From: Epiperipatus broadwayi
Lineage: Eukaryota; Animalia; Onychophora
Direction of reading: 5' to 3'
NCBI GenBank assembly: GCA_028023455.1
Contig: JAQFVV010000010.1
Span: 7,936,001 to 8,000,000, forward strand
DNA: 64,000 nucleotides
Position 1 is the first letter of the stretch. Each line of letters begins with the position of its first letter. Of this stretch, positions 1 to 13,378 are shown one piece after another. Under the pieces are notes generated by a model. It was given only the letters and a program-made list of their open reading frames with translations, was not told where the DNA came from and made no database searches. The translations under genes and the position numbers were made by a program.

Positions 1-59
1 TGCACTTAATATTATTCTTCTGAATTTCTTATTGGCTCCAGGAGGATCAGAATAAAATA

Positions 60-971
60 CACCTGGTTTCGTTTTATATGGATTATTTTAATGCGATTTT
101 GAAGTTATGCGATTCATGTTTCTTCTTAATATCCTTCATATTTCACTATATTTATTAGATATTAATAAATTTAAATAATTAATAACTTATTTTGACTTGA
201 AATACTTTTTTTTCAAAAATATAACGTTATATTAGCAGCTAACGTGAATATGGCCTGAAGATGTATTTAGAATCTTAGCTTCTATGTAAATAACCTACTT
301 ATACTAATGAGTAAATAATAATAATAATAGATTTATATGTACATATAAAAATATCACAATAAATATTCAAAAATTTTAAACTTTTAAAACGTATTTTGTT
401 AGATATTAACAGAAATAAATAATTTTTTAGATTTTTTAATAAATAAATAATAACGAAGATTTTATTGATTTTATAAACTGAAAATAATCTTTCTAATGAT
501 AATGTATAATTTTTTTGTTTTGATTGCGATCTCATTTTTTTAATATAGAAACAGAAAACCATTAACACAGCTCAAGACTGAAAGTGGTGCTAGTTGTACA
601 TCACGTCATGAATCTGATTTCTTATTAGTTCACAAACGAACGCATATTGTCAAACAGCGATAATGATTAAAATATGTATGAAAAAATGTAAAATTAAATA
701 CTGTAGTTAATAAAAAAAGTAAAAAAAGTTTGTCTTGTATTAATTTTTTTCAAATATTTGAAATTTTTTATTAGTCATACTTTATTTCCTTATTTTTTTA
801 ATGTGAATTTTTAAGTAATGTTTCCTTGTTGCTTTGCTTTTATGCGACTTCTGAAAATTACTGGAACATATATCCCCCATTTTTCAAGATAAGTTATGTT
901 TATTTTTATGCGATTTCTTTTGTGCGCATTTTCTGAGGAACCTATCTACCGCATAAAATGAGACTCAGGTG
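60..971. mobile_element. Non-autonomous Tc1/mariner (pogo/Tigger-like) MITE
   Basis: Imperfect TIRs: CACCTG-GTTTCGTTTTATATGG at 60 versus the reverse complement of the 971 end, CACCTGAGTCTCATTTTATGCGG. TA on both flanks (58-59, 972-973). Subterminal (T)ATGCGA repeats near both ends. No coding capacity. Confidence 0.7.
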
Positions 972-1416
972 TAATTATTTATAAAGACTTTTAAATGCAG
1001 GACTTTTAATTATTTTTTTCTTTGAATAAAAAAATCTAAATTTATTTTTATTTGTTATTACCATGCAATGTTTTCTTTTTTTATCTTTATCACTCCCAAA
1101 GAAAATTTTATGCATACCAGGTAAATATTTAAAAAAAACAACAACATATACATATATGCACATATACACTACAATGTATTGTATCAATGAGTGAATTATA
1201 TATATATTATGTATCTCAGAAAATACAGCTTAATCATGAGTTATTTGAAATATTTAAGAAATATTTTTAACATACTTAAATAATTGTTTCCAAGATAGGA
1301 TGAATCTATTTGATGTTGTTACATCAGTAGAGTTGTACGTATCATTAATGAGGGTAGCATTGTTATAAATTTAAATTGTGTTAGCATATATATCTTTAAG
1401 GGTAAGGTCTTTCTTT

Positions 1417-1520
1417 TTTTTTCTCATGTGTCATAGCATCAGCCAGGAAGCGAACCCGCTAACCCGGGACAATTGCTTGTAAAGCAGTGGTAGCTGACCT
1501 CCCGACCACCAATGCTCGAC
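1417..1520 (-). mobile_element. tRNA-derived SINE with 12-bp TSD
   Basis: The minus strand has a B-box-like GGGTTCGCTTCC, an anticodon-like GCTTTACAAGC and a short A tail. It is flanked by the direct repeat AGGTCTTTCTTT (1405-1416, 1521-1532). The tail CCTGGCTGATGCTATGACA is shared with copies at 59575 and 59871. Confidence 0.7.
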
Positions 1521-1825
1521 AGGTCTTTCTTTATTTCACTTAGTGTTAGAATACATAACTATATTTAGATATAGAAGTGATAAATTTTTCTTTGTCTAGT
1601 TTGTAAGATACATGCACACATATTTGTGATATTTGTCTTGAGTAAATAATTATAAGTTAGCTTGGATACAGCTTTGTTAGGAATCTTTAGATGCACCAAT
1701 ATATGAAATAATTAGATATGTTTGAGGTAGAGATACTAGTATATCCAAAAAAAGCATATATATATAATGATAATTTCTTTAGCTTAACATTTAATAAATT
1801 TACATTGTTAATAATGATAATATTC

Positions 1826-1920
1826 ATTAAGGCTGTAGCCTCAAGCACATACGTATAAAATGCGATAGTAGGGACCTCTACAGGTCTTAAAACCACAAGC
1901 TTACTCATTGGAAGAAAAGA
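1826..1920 (+). repeat. Fragment of unclassified dispersed repeat (family X)
   Basis: TAAGGCTGTAGCCTCAAG...AAAATGCGATAGTAGGGACCTCTACAGGTCTTAA...GGAAGAAAAGAGG closely matches 9681-9775. Confidence 0.75.
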
Positions 1921-2689
1921 GGATAATGATAATCTTTGTCAAGTTTTCTCTTTCCAGATGAATAGAAGAAATTTATGAAAACTGATTCATCTTAGTATTT
2001 CATTTATTTAACAAGTGTAAACTATAATAACGAATTGTAAATAAAACACAAATCTCTAAAACTAATTTTTCATTATTTGTTAATACGAATCTCAACTTAA
2101 ATGTAAATGAAGATGTATATGGTTTTTACTAAATCTGGTTTTTGTATTATTATTATTATACTGAATTTTGGTCACCTAATTATATTTAGGAAGATTGCCC
2201 TGAGACATTAAAAAATATTTAATAATTTTAAATATCTTTGGAATTGATAAAATGTCCATTTGATTCTAAATAATATTTCTTAATCACCTCCATATTTATA
2301 AATACATGCATGTGTAAGAATAATTCAGTGAGAAATAAGTAATTACTTTATTTTAATTTTTTCCATGCTCACCATTACATAAATTAACACTGAACATAGG
2401 AGGAATATTTAATAGATATTTCCCTTCCTGTCCTTACTTCCCATGTAGTATTATAATATATAATTTTAATGCACAAATCAGCGCATAACAGCAGAGCTTC
2501 TTCAAATTAAATCACAATTTATTATAAACTTAACAACGCAATTAAGCAGCAGAAAAATAGAATATTGTTGCCATACTTTGCAAACGCCCATAGAAAACTT
2601 TACTCAGTGTTTAATAGAGATTTTCAACTATGTTTTCACACACCCCCTAATACCAATAGAATTATCAACAATGCAAAGACATTGTAACA

Positions 2690-3150
2690 CCCAACAACAG
2701 TTCTCAGCTGTCTATAATATCTCATGCCCAGAAAATAACTCATCATTATACTATGAGAAACGAAACAACTCTCGCAACAAGATTGTCCCACACAGATATT
2801 CTTACAGAAAGGCCCAAGCAGACCCAGCTTACACCTCAATATTCGCAATGCATCAGAAATTAACTGGTCATTCATGTGAACCTGAAAATCCAAGAATAGT
2901 TTTAGGGAAAGAAATGATGTTAAGAGAAAGGTGAAGGAGGCATGTTTTATTGCCATGGATGATAAGCTATGAATAGGAAAGATACGTGTTATAAAATTTC
3001 TAAGAAATGGGTTAATTAGATTTACGCATATAGTTCAATTAATTTACATATATCTGCATATAGTTGCACATAGCAACCTTGTTACGCTTACTCTTTGTTA
3101 CCCATGATTATGAGAGCTAAGTTCTCTTGAAAGCGCTCGGGCATTATTTA
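2690..3150 (+). mobile_element. Penelope-like element 3' fragment (GIY-YIG endonuclease plus 3' end), decayed
   Basis: Translation VYNISC...LYY(G)ETKQL...HRYSYRK...SIFAMHQKLTGHSC.ENPRI...KVKEACFI, with frameshifts, fits the PLE GIY-YIG domain. A degenerate hammerhead-like motif follows at 3101-3141. Confidence 0.7.
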
Positions 3151-5117
3151 TTATGTATTATAATTTATATTAAGTTTATAATAAATTGTGATTTAATTTG
3201 AAGAAGCTCTGCTGTTATGCACTGATTTGTGCATTAAAATTGTATATATATAGTAGGCAGCTGAGTGTGAAATAATTTCTTTTTATTATAATATATATAT
3301 ATTGAAAACTTAAAAAGAAAAGTAGAAATGAACACAGAAAGAATTTGAATAATAATATTAACATTTTTGGAACCACAGTATATTCTTTAAAAGTCAAATA
3401 TGACATATGAAAGAAAAAAAAAAAAAAAGAGTAAGTCTATTGAATGCAAGTATTTTTATTAAATTTATCTGATTTGGTCTGATTAAATGTAAAATATTTT
3501 TATGTGCGTTAATCTTATAATGTTTTAAAACATTTTTAAAACTAATTAACTGTAATAAATGTATATTAAAAAACAGGTCAATATAACTGTTATGTTTTGC
3601 TCTGGAGTACAGACTCAAACTACAGAAAATAATACTAAGACAAGTATTACAATTAATATATTTATTATATGTACAAATATATACAGTATATATACAAGCG
3701 AATATTTACAATGTTGAATATTGTAGTTCAACGTAAACTCTGGGTTCAGCCTACTGCTTCCAGCTATGCCTGATGGCTTGCCTCATGGGTAGGGTGTATG
3801 GCTCTTCCAGCTGTACAAGACAGCTTGCCTCGAACCGAGTGTGGTCTTAGCAGTGTCCGGTCTCTGGGGGATTTGCCTAGCTGTGTAGATTAAATACTAA
3901 ATAGCGTAGTGCTATCAATGGGAATACATGCTGCTGTTCAGGTTAGCAGAGATTCCCTGGGAGAACGCAAAGAGTCTTTTCAGGTTAGACAGACGTTCTT
4001 CATCGATTTTCACAAAAGGCTGACTATTTATACTCAAATCCCTGACCTTATTGAAAACCTTCGGATTCAGCAAGCATCGTTGCTTATTGGCCTGTAATAA
4101 TCATTAGCTATGTTTTTATCTATACATCAGCCTATTGGCCTGTTGCAAACAATGCTTAATCCGATCAGATAAGGAGGCATCTGGAATAGTCCACTTCTGA
4201 GAGAAGGGAGGACTATAACAATAACTAAACTATTAATCAAAATGAAAAATGGTTTACTTTTACTATCCTGTTTTTAGATTCCTTTGAATAAACTATATAA
4301 ATAGTGGGTTTAGATAAACTGATTTATTATTAAATTGGATTAAATACAGAAAAGAAGCTGTTAGTTGTTACACTGAACATTGATCCGTTTTGAAGTTCCA
4401 GAAAAGTGGAGCCATGACTTTTCTTGAATTGTTAGCCCAGTATATTAATAGACCATTTTTCTGGATGCATTCCATCAGCTGACCAACTATCAAGATTTAT
4501 GACAAGAGGAAGCAAAACGACTGACTCCAATCCTATATTCTATTCATATGCTTTTTTATACATGCATGGAAAACACAGAAGAAAGAATATATTATTAGTC
4601 GCATATGTTTTGTAAATATAGTTCTACAAAATGAAGAAAAAATCTATTCCACATAAGTTATTTTAAGTTATTTTTTTAAAAAAGATAGACTTTTCTTACT
4701 ATGACTGAAGGTTACTAAACAGTCTGGCAAAGAAATTTTTTCTTAAAAGCTTGCAAAATAAAAGTTGAAAAAAAAAAAAACTTTCAAGCTGGACTTTTAA
4801 AGGTAAAACATAAGACAGAGTTTTAAAAGAACTTTCAATCTGGACTTTTAAAAATAAATAATTTTTTTTTTATATATTTGTTTACGATTTAAGAGTTGTC
4901 TGAAAATAATTTATATTAGAAAAACGCATATATTTGCATTTATTATATATCGGTTTACCACTTAATCGGTTATATGCTGTTAATATAGAATGATAACCTC
5001 CAAATAATATTGTCATTTTTATGTGACTATCTGTATGTGTACACATATATATATCTAATATTATTCATTATTTATGTATTAAAATAGAATCATTTATATT
5101 GATTTATTAACGATTGA

Positions 5118-6096
5118 TATTGTCATATTTTAAAGAATATTTATAAAAATGCAACAGCAACAATTAGATTACATAATGATAGTAGGAAAATCAACATTGA
5201 AAAGGGTGTAAGACAGGGTGACTCCATATCTCATAAACTTTTTACAGCAGTGCTGCAAGAAGTATTTTGTGGATTAAAATGGGAAGCTAAAAGAGTGAAA
5301 GTAAATGGAGATTATTTAAGTCATTTAGATTTTGCAGATGATGTAGTTGTTTTTGCAAACAATGCTTTAGAGCTACAGGAAATGTTGCAGGAGTTATCAG
5401 ATGAAGGTAGGATTAAAGATAAATGTTAAAAAGACTAAAGTAATGATTAATAGATTTTCTCAAAATATGAAAATAAAGATTGATTATGATGAGTTAGAAA
5501 AAGTTAACAGTTACAAATATCTTGGTCAGATTATTAATACAGATGGAAACATAATGGATGAAGTTAATCATAGAATTAAACTTGGTTGGAGTGCTTTTGG
5601 TAGAAATAACTTGATACTAAAAGGAAATATGCCTATGTGTTTGAAAAGAAAGGTTTTTAATAAATATGTTTTGCCAGTTCGTACTTATGGATCTGAGACT
5701 TGGACACTTAATAGAAGAGCAATACAGAGACTTCAGAACACTCAAAGAAGTATGAAGAGATGCATGTTGGGAGTAACAAGAAGAGGTCGAAAACGCAATG
5801 TATGGGTAAGAGAACAAACAGGTGTGACTGACCTCATTGAAAAAATTAAAAGACTGGAGTTGGGCTGGACATATTGCTAGAAGAGATGATAATAGATGGA
5901 CAACTGAAATTTTAAATTGGATTCCAAGAGATTGTAAAAGACCCAGAAAGAGACCACATGTGAGATGGATGGATGAAATAAGAAATTGTGCAGGGATGAT
6001 GTGAAGAAGAGAAGCCAAAGATAGGAAAAGATGGATTGAACTTGGAGAGACCTTCATCCTGCAGTGGATTGATAATGGTTGATGATGACGATGATG
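5118..6096 (+). mobile_element. 5'-truncated RTE-clade LINE (C-terminal reverse transcriptase), frameshifted
   Basis: KGVRQGDSISHKLF...YLSHLDFADDVV, then after a frameshift near 5405 KVGLKINVKKTKVM...YKYLGQ...RIKLGWSAFG...VLPV.TYGSETW. The 3' tail is (GAT)n. 12-bp TSD ATTAACGATTGA at 5106-5117 and 6097-6108. Confidence 0.92.
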
Positions 6097-6644
6097 ATTA
6101 ACGATTGAGATATTTTATATTATTAAAACATACATATGTGTGCATATGTATAAAAATTTCTTTAATAGCACCCACAATTTATATATGCGAAAACTAAGGC
6201 GGTAGATAATCTTAAGTGTATAGCTTGTTATTTTTCAATCTGTAAAGCAAAATCAGAATCATTAATTGTATTGTAGAGTGTATATCATACCTTTTAGTTT
6301 TTTATTATTATTTCTAATTAATAAATTTGTTAATTATTATTTTAAATTATTCCGTGAAGTTATTTGATACTTGAACAGATTAAATTTTATACACATGTAT
6401 ATTCTCTTGATAATAATCCATCTAAGATGCTTGCAATCCCAAGCAAATTTCTGATAATAATGGTTTTTGCTATATATATTTATGTGGTTACATGTATGTG
6501 TAGACATCATTATAGTTCTCTATAGAATTATTTGAATGCTGCAAAAATAAAGTTTATCTTTAAAGACTATATATTTTATAAATTTAATAATTAGTTTAAT
6601 CAGGTCAGTACCCTCATGGTACCAGATGACTAATAATATTGATG

Positions 6645-7035
6645 ATGATCAGCTGGAACTAGCACTCATCAGTTGTTCCAGATAATCACTTCTTATACAT
6701 ATACTTGAGATCATTTATTTTTTTTGCATGAATGTAGTCATGTGTGTTGCTTATATAAGATGGTGTAGATGGCTGAAGGAAACTTGAAAGTTTGGGTTCA
6801 AATCCCCTCTAATTACATATAGCTTTAAAGTATATATAATATATTTGTATTTAAATATTACATATTCAGCCTGTATTTTACCCATTCCTCTTCTGTGTAT
6901 TTAAATGGGTAAAAGGTCCTGCATATGAGGAGTTGCAATGATTTACGGTCAACATGGATATGACAAAAACATTGGCAAATAAGGGCTTTGAACATGCCAT
7001 CATCAGAGTTTCAATATATAGACAGCTGAAGAGTT
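6645..7035. repeat. Hammerhead family 1 copy: short inverted piece (partial HHR, minus) plus a nearly one-monomer plus copy
   Basis: 6660-6690 is the reverse complement of the CTGATGAGTGCT motif region. 6740-7035 matches the family-1 monomer (GGGTTCAAATCCC, CATATGAGG...GTCAACATG, CCATCATCAG, GAAGAGTTG) and abuts PLE coding sequence. Confidence 0.65.
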
Positions 7036-7039
7036 GTAG

Positions 7040-8790
7040 AGTGGAGAATATTGTAGTCTTTAAACAAATGCATACCTGTTTTTACTCTAACAACCCCAAA
7101 ACTCGGTCAATTTGGTTCCAGATTTGTCAGAGAAAATTGTCTCTGAAAAATAAACATTTATTGAAAAGGCATCGAATGTTTTAAAACACCCCCCTCCCTT
7201 ACAAGTCACCAATGGTCTCATAATATCCATTGCACTAGATAGTTCATTGTCCAAAATAACCTGGTCTGTCTCAATGAGGACAAAAGTCAGGTTAGTTCTG
7301 TTAAAATGACAAGAGTTTGACTGTAAAACCAAGCACCAACTCTTTCTCTGAAATTTACAATTACAATTTGAAGGCAAGAAAAGTTCATTTCATATCTTTT
7401 ATTTAAAAAAAACACTATGGCAAAGCACTTTCTAGCCACAATTACTTTAGAACATATCTTTTAGCTGCTATAATTCCTCAAATCTTTGCAAACATTAAAT
7501 TTCATAAGGATAATCATTCACTCCATCTTCTCCTTGACATTGATGACTCATACTATTACTACACTGTTAAACTCATTACTTTGTCTAACTGATGACTTCA
7601 GGTTCTCATTGAAAAAATCCATAATGTTGCAGTTAACCAAAGCTGTAAAATTGCTTCTCTCAATGTTAAAGAATTATATAGCTCTGTCTCTTGTTTGCAA
7701 TCCATTAACATCATAGAAATATAATTGAAGCAAATGAATTATACATTCCCAAAAAAACTTATCAAAACTCTGAATTGGATCAGTGATGAAATCTTTGCCT
7801 ATATCAATCACAAAACTTAAAAAATGAACTATAATTAGTCTATGGAACTCCCTTTTAGTGGAGTAGGATGTAGCCTCTATCTTTCTAAGTTCGAATGTTT
7901 AATGATTCCCAAATTCACATATCCCATCATATGCTTATATTTTAGATACATTGATGACATCTTTATATGTGCTAATCCAGAAACTATTTACCAAATACAA
8001 ACTGCATTAACATCATCTACTGGTCTCATATAGACTATGAGCATGAAGATGAAAACCTTCATAATTTAAAGTTTCTTGATCTTACAATATGGCTCAACTC
8101 CTTGATTACAGATTGATGTTAAAATCTTTCATCATCCAAGGAATTATACATTTGAACTCCAACACTTCCTGTGCTTATGAATTCACATGTCTAAAAAATT
8201 TCCTTCATAGAAACTTTTAAGTTTTGCAAATTTGAGGATGATTGAATCGAAACATCAACTTATTCACCTGCAACCTTATCGACATTGGACACAATCGCAA
8301 ACATATTGATGCAGCCCACATCAGTTTCTCCCCGATAATAAAAAAAATGGTGTAGTTTTTCCTAAGTTTCAAAGATCGTGAATAAATTAAAGGACATTTG
8401 TTTTTCCATTCATCTCCTTTGCTTAACAAAGTTTTAAATAATTCTAAGGATAAGATTCCCAAAGAGGTTTCACATCAAATCATTTGTAAGATTAAATGCT
8501 CTGACCCTATCTGGTCAAAAGCATACTATGGGGAAAACACGCCAACTTAGCCACCAGACTTGCTCAACAAAGTTATATGTACAAATGTGCTAAGAAGCAC
8601 ACTGGCTACTACTCTCTTTTCCTCAACCAAGAGCTAATATTTGACCTTAGTTTTGATCTCTCTATGGCCAATATAGTCTGTTCTAACACAATGATAGAAA
8701 GAGAAAGGTTGAGACTTTATTAATCACCAAGGATACCAATGCCATTAATACAAAAGAGCACCAATCTATATATAAAATGGTGCTTATGGC
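7040..8790 (+). mobile_element. Decayed Penelope-like element (RT plus GIY-YIG)
   Basis: CLYFRYIDDIFI (~7930-7970), FLDLTI (~8070), and IICKIKC...YYG...TRLAQ...DRKRKVETLLIT...NAINTKE (~8480-8760). Many stops and frameshifts. Confidence 0.8.
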
Positions 8791-9660
8791 CCCTCCCTTC
8801 TCATTGGAATGCAAATCTTCCTCATATATTCATTCTGATCACTTTAATATTTAAATTTGATATTATTTATAAAATGCAATTCCTAATTCATATCACTTTG
8901 CTATGATTATAATATCTGGTTGTATCAAAAGTATTTAGTATTAATAAATCTTTCTTTTCATAATTTTAACCTGTTTTGTTATTAAATGTCATAACATTCA
9001 CTTTTCATTACAATATTTAAAGCAGTATAAAATAAGCTTCACTATAAGTAAAATGTGTAAATACAGCATTATGAAGATTGATAATTAATGAAATAACAAG
9101 AGTAACGATTCAACTAAATATGTAGATAATTCAGATTTATATTCTAAGTTTTCATTCTGAAGAAAAAATGATTTTTGAGCCAATCAAACTATACTTTAAA
9201 ATTGTTGTAATGGTAAAGAGAAAAAGAGAGAAAGAGGAAATTTAGACTTATAAAATTTATTTTTTGAGAAAACTACAAAGAAGGAAATGGACACAGTGAA
9301 CATCTAAACGATAGTGTGTAGAATAGATTATATTTTGACTAATAGAAAATATATGTCAAAATTATAATATACTTAATTTAACACACACAGAGAGAGAGCA
9401 TTGATAAGAAAATAAGGATATCTGATAATGTAAAGTAGATAAAGTTATTAAAAAGAACCTTATTATCCAAATGGGATCTCTAAACCTTCAGAAATACTCC
9501 ACTAAATTTAAACCAAAACTTACAAGTCATTTAAAAATATTAATAGATTTTAAAAACAAATCAGACTTATAAAAAGGTCAATTAAAAAATAATCAATGTT
9601 CTAAAAGTAACTACAAAATTATCAAATTCAAAGAGCTGCAGTTAATCAGAAAATTTTATA

Positions 9661-10075
9661 TTAAGACAAGTAATATTTACTAAGGCTGTAACCTCAAGAA
9701 TGTGCGCATAAAAATGCGATAGTAGGACCTCTACAGGTCTTAACCACAAGCTTACATTTTGGAAGAAAAGAGGGGAACCCTTCTTTACTTCAATCTACTT
9801 TCTATATAAATAAGTGAAGTTGAAGTGGTTAGATCTGGGAGCGTGAAGCTATTCAACACTTCACTGATTAAGTCTACATTTCTTATTACACATTAATACT
9901 CGCGAAATCTTTCGATTTACAACAAGTCAATGAAAAGATCTTATAGTTAGAAATCTATTACGATAATTTAAAGTTGTAATTATAAATTTATTTAAACACA
10001 CATTGATTATGTAAGTAATATTTACTAAGGCTGTAACCTCAAGAATATGCGCGTAAAAATGCGATAGTAGGGACA
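9661..10075 (+). repeat. Family X dispersed repeat with terminal direct duplication (~345-bp period)
   Basis: AAGTAATATTTACTAAGGCTGTAACCTCAAGAAT...AAAATGCGATAGTAGG occurs at ~9668 and ~10013. The interior (TTCACTGATTAAGTC...CGAAATCTTTCGATTTACAA) matches the reverse complement of 52640-52720. Confidence 0.7.
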
Positions 10076-12837
10076 AAATTACATCCAAGAACATTTTATT
10101 GTGTGCTCTTTGGAGTCCTATGAATGCTAGATCTCTATTTAAACGAAGGAAGATGAATTTCTATATTACTCCATTATATCTGATATGTAGCTAATCTCAT
10201 TTGTGAAAATTTAAATAAATGAGTTGAATGACTAAAAAAAAAAAAAATCAAGATATTTTATTATATGCTAGCAAACACTGAATAGTAAAAAGTATTTTTT
10301 TTTTAAATTTCCAAGCTTCATCAAAACAATTTAATTAATCTATTACTAATTCACCAAATTGAAGATATGCAATTTTCAACACAAACTTATCTCAATAGAG
10401 AATATATAAACTAAACTAATACATTTTTGTTTTAATAACTTTTAAACAAATTGCATTATATAATAGGTTTTTAAATTAAAATAAATAAAAAAACAATTCA
10501 TACAGTATAAAATATATCATAATTATTATCAAGAATTATGTTCAAATGCACTGCTAATGGGATTTTCAACAGCTGAAGGATAATAAATAAAGTAAAAAAC
10601 TCCTACTTGTTTCATTTTTGAATAAAATATAAATAATTTTTAAATAATAACATTTATAGAAGTAAATATTAAAAATGTAGTTAAAAAACCATTACATTTT
10701 AAAGCACACACACATATTATTTGAAAAGAAAAATTGTTATAAAAGAATAAAAAACGTTTAAAAAGTGCTTATATAATACTTGTTTATACAAAACAGTGAT
10801 ATACTATCCTGCATGATTTGACATAATTGTTAGAATGTTCGATTTGGATGGGGAAGTTTCTGGATGGATCTGACGCTCATAGGTCGGGCACTCAAACTTC
10901 TTATGAATTCCCAAGCAATAATGCCATATATCTTTCTTCTTTTTTTTTTAGTGATGTACTATTATATTTTTGAGTATATTCTTGATATTTTTTTTTATAT
11001 GTCAAAGAGTTGACCGTTTTGATATTAATAAAAAATGAAAAATCAGATCAACAATCACAAAAATTTCAGAACTTTCTAAGTCAAAGATGATAATTAGAGA
11101 CCAGAAATGATAGAAGCTTTAGTTATTGCTATTTAATTACTTTTCTCATTACAATAATTTATTAGTAACTTATCTTTACATCAGTTAATAATTTGTTTGG
11201 AAGTTCTAAAAGTAGTTTAAACTATTTTAATTTTTATCTATTAAGGAAATCATTCTTATGATTATAATAGTTATTACATTTATTTATTATTTCCGTAATA
11301 TGGAGTTTGAATGTAGGTAAAACCTTACTTTTTTTTTTTTTAGATAGTTGAGGATTTCTAATTAGGTTTAGGATTTGCTTTGAGACTGTTGCTTCATAAC
11401 CTAAATGTTCAATTATGGGCTAATAAAAGAACACTTGAATAATAAACTTTCTAAAAATATTGTTAGGGTGGATCTCAAATATTGTTTTTGTACAAAAACA
11501 GTCCTCACTTATATTATAAAGCTTATATTAAATACTGACTAAAAAGAGATAACATAATTCCATTGGAAGATTATAATTCAGGATAGAGAGAGCTACAAAT
11601 CTTTTATAAAGAAAAGTTTCCTGCAGGAGAGGCTAAAAAACAGCACTGCAAAATTTCAAATAAACAGATTAATCAATCAGTATATGAGGTATGAGGATAT
11701 ATATTCATGATACAACATGAATTGTTTCAAGAATTATTATAAAACTCAACTTTTTTTGTGTTATTCTTTCTTTTCAGAAGACTAATGTCTACATTTTTAT
11801 TATTATTAATCAATTAAATTATTTTAGAGCATTTATAATAGGGAGCATAAAATCTTTTAATTTTTTTAAAAAAAAAAACACTATAGTTTGCTGCTTATTC
11901 ATTTAATACATAATTACAAACAATAGTTAAAATGCTCAGACTTCCTGAAGAAATAATAGCGCCCCCTTTATTAATGAAGATAGTTGTATCATATTACAAT
12001 TGCTTTTTTATTTAAATACTCATTAGTCCAGAATACACTACCTTTGCTTGGTTTAATGCTCAAGGGTTATAGGTTATGGCTCTCCTCCATCATTTCTGAT
12101 TACTCAATTTTCTGATAAAATCCTGAGCAGCAAACCATTATTTATTTACAGTTTTGCCAATGCAGCATTCTCACTTATAAAACGCACATTAGTACGAGTA
12201 GAATAATTAAGCAACTTTCATATCCAAATAAAATTATGAGAGCTCTGAATTTTCATGATCACTGGGCATTATTATTTTAGCATGCATTAGGATCACTCAC
12301 GCACTAAAGGAGATAATAAATGTAATACAATAAATAAATTAATATATTTGCACATTTAAAAATAAAATTAAACAAAAAACAAAAACAAAATTCATTTAAT
12401 AATTAAATTTATAAAGCACATAGTCGTTGCGCTTGTATTTTAAATAAATCTTGTGTTAAGATTTGTAGAGGTTCCTACTGTCGTTTTTCAAGCGCATGGT
12501 CTTAAGGTTATCATTTGTATTCTTTCAATCACTTTTATTTTTCTCAGCAAAAAATGGTATTTTATAATATTCTTTATGGCTGCTTAATGTTAGAATAATT
12601 TAAAACATTTTCTGCATACTATAAATTAAAAACTATTAATTTTTATCAAGTTAGTTTGCAATTATATATACGTTGATTATCGACAAAATATAATTAAATT
12701 ATAAGCGCTAGGAAAACAAGTGTAAAAATTTATTCAATATCTTGGCCTTGATATCATATTCATAACAATAATAATTGAACAGGAGGGCGGAAGATATAGG
12801 TATGATGTAAATTTATGTAAATGTATACAAATGAATT

Positions 12838-13040
12838 AAATGGCCCACTTATTAGAGACAGGGAAGCATGATTCCTTTTTATTTATCAATTTCGGGTTAT
12901 TAGCGATTGAGAGAAATGATTCTAAGCAGAAAATAAAGGAGGCTTGGCACATTGCTAATAATCCAAACTCAATAAATAAAAAGGAATCCTGCTGCCCCTC
13001 TCTAAAAAGTAGATCATTAAATTCATTTGTATATATTTAC
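12838..13040 (+). mobile_element. Penelope-like GIY-YIG C-terminal fragment
   Basis: ORF 12840: AHLLETGKH...F.NF.LLAIERNDSKQKIKEAWHIANNPNSINKKE, a typical PLE endonuclease tail (H..ETGH...KRKIKEA..I...N). Confidence 0.75.
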
Positions 13041-13150
13041 ATAAATTTACTTTATAAATATAGGGGATTTGAACTCAGACTTTCAAGCACTCACACTATC
13101 TCATACAACCGATATACATGACCGCATACATGTAAAAAAGATAAATAATC

Positions 13151-13194
13151 ACCAATATATGTATTTCATGCTAAACCAGCACTCATCAGTTGGT
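13151..13194 (-). ncRNA. Minimal type-I hammerhead ribozyme motif (family 1)
   Basis: Minus strand: ACCAA CUGAUGA GUGCU-GGUUU-AGCAU GAAA UACAUAU A UUGGU. Intact core, 5-bp stem II, 5-bp stem I. Confidence 0.75.
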
Positions 13195-13334
13195 CCAGAT
13201 TATCATCTCCCACACACACACATATATAATCAGTACTCGGTTTATATTAAGATAGCAAATCCTCACACTTTAATGGACAGGCTTAATATAAACTGAGCAC
13301 TGATTATATATATGTGTGGGAGATGATAATCTGG

Positions 13335-13378
13335 ACCAACTGATGAGTGCTGGTTTAGCATGAAATACATATAATGGT
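13335..13378 (+). ncRNA. Minimal type-I hammerhead ribozyme motif (family 1)
   Basis: ACCAA CUGAUGA GUGCU-GGUUU-AGCAU GAAA UACAUAU A AUGGU. Intact core with one stem I mismatch. Confidence 0.7.

Noticed and set aside
11582-11688. 107-bp open plus-strand AG...GT segment
   Set aside because: Peptide unrecognisable and no compatible partner exon; such segments arise by chance.
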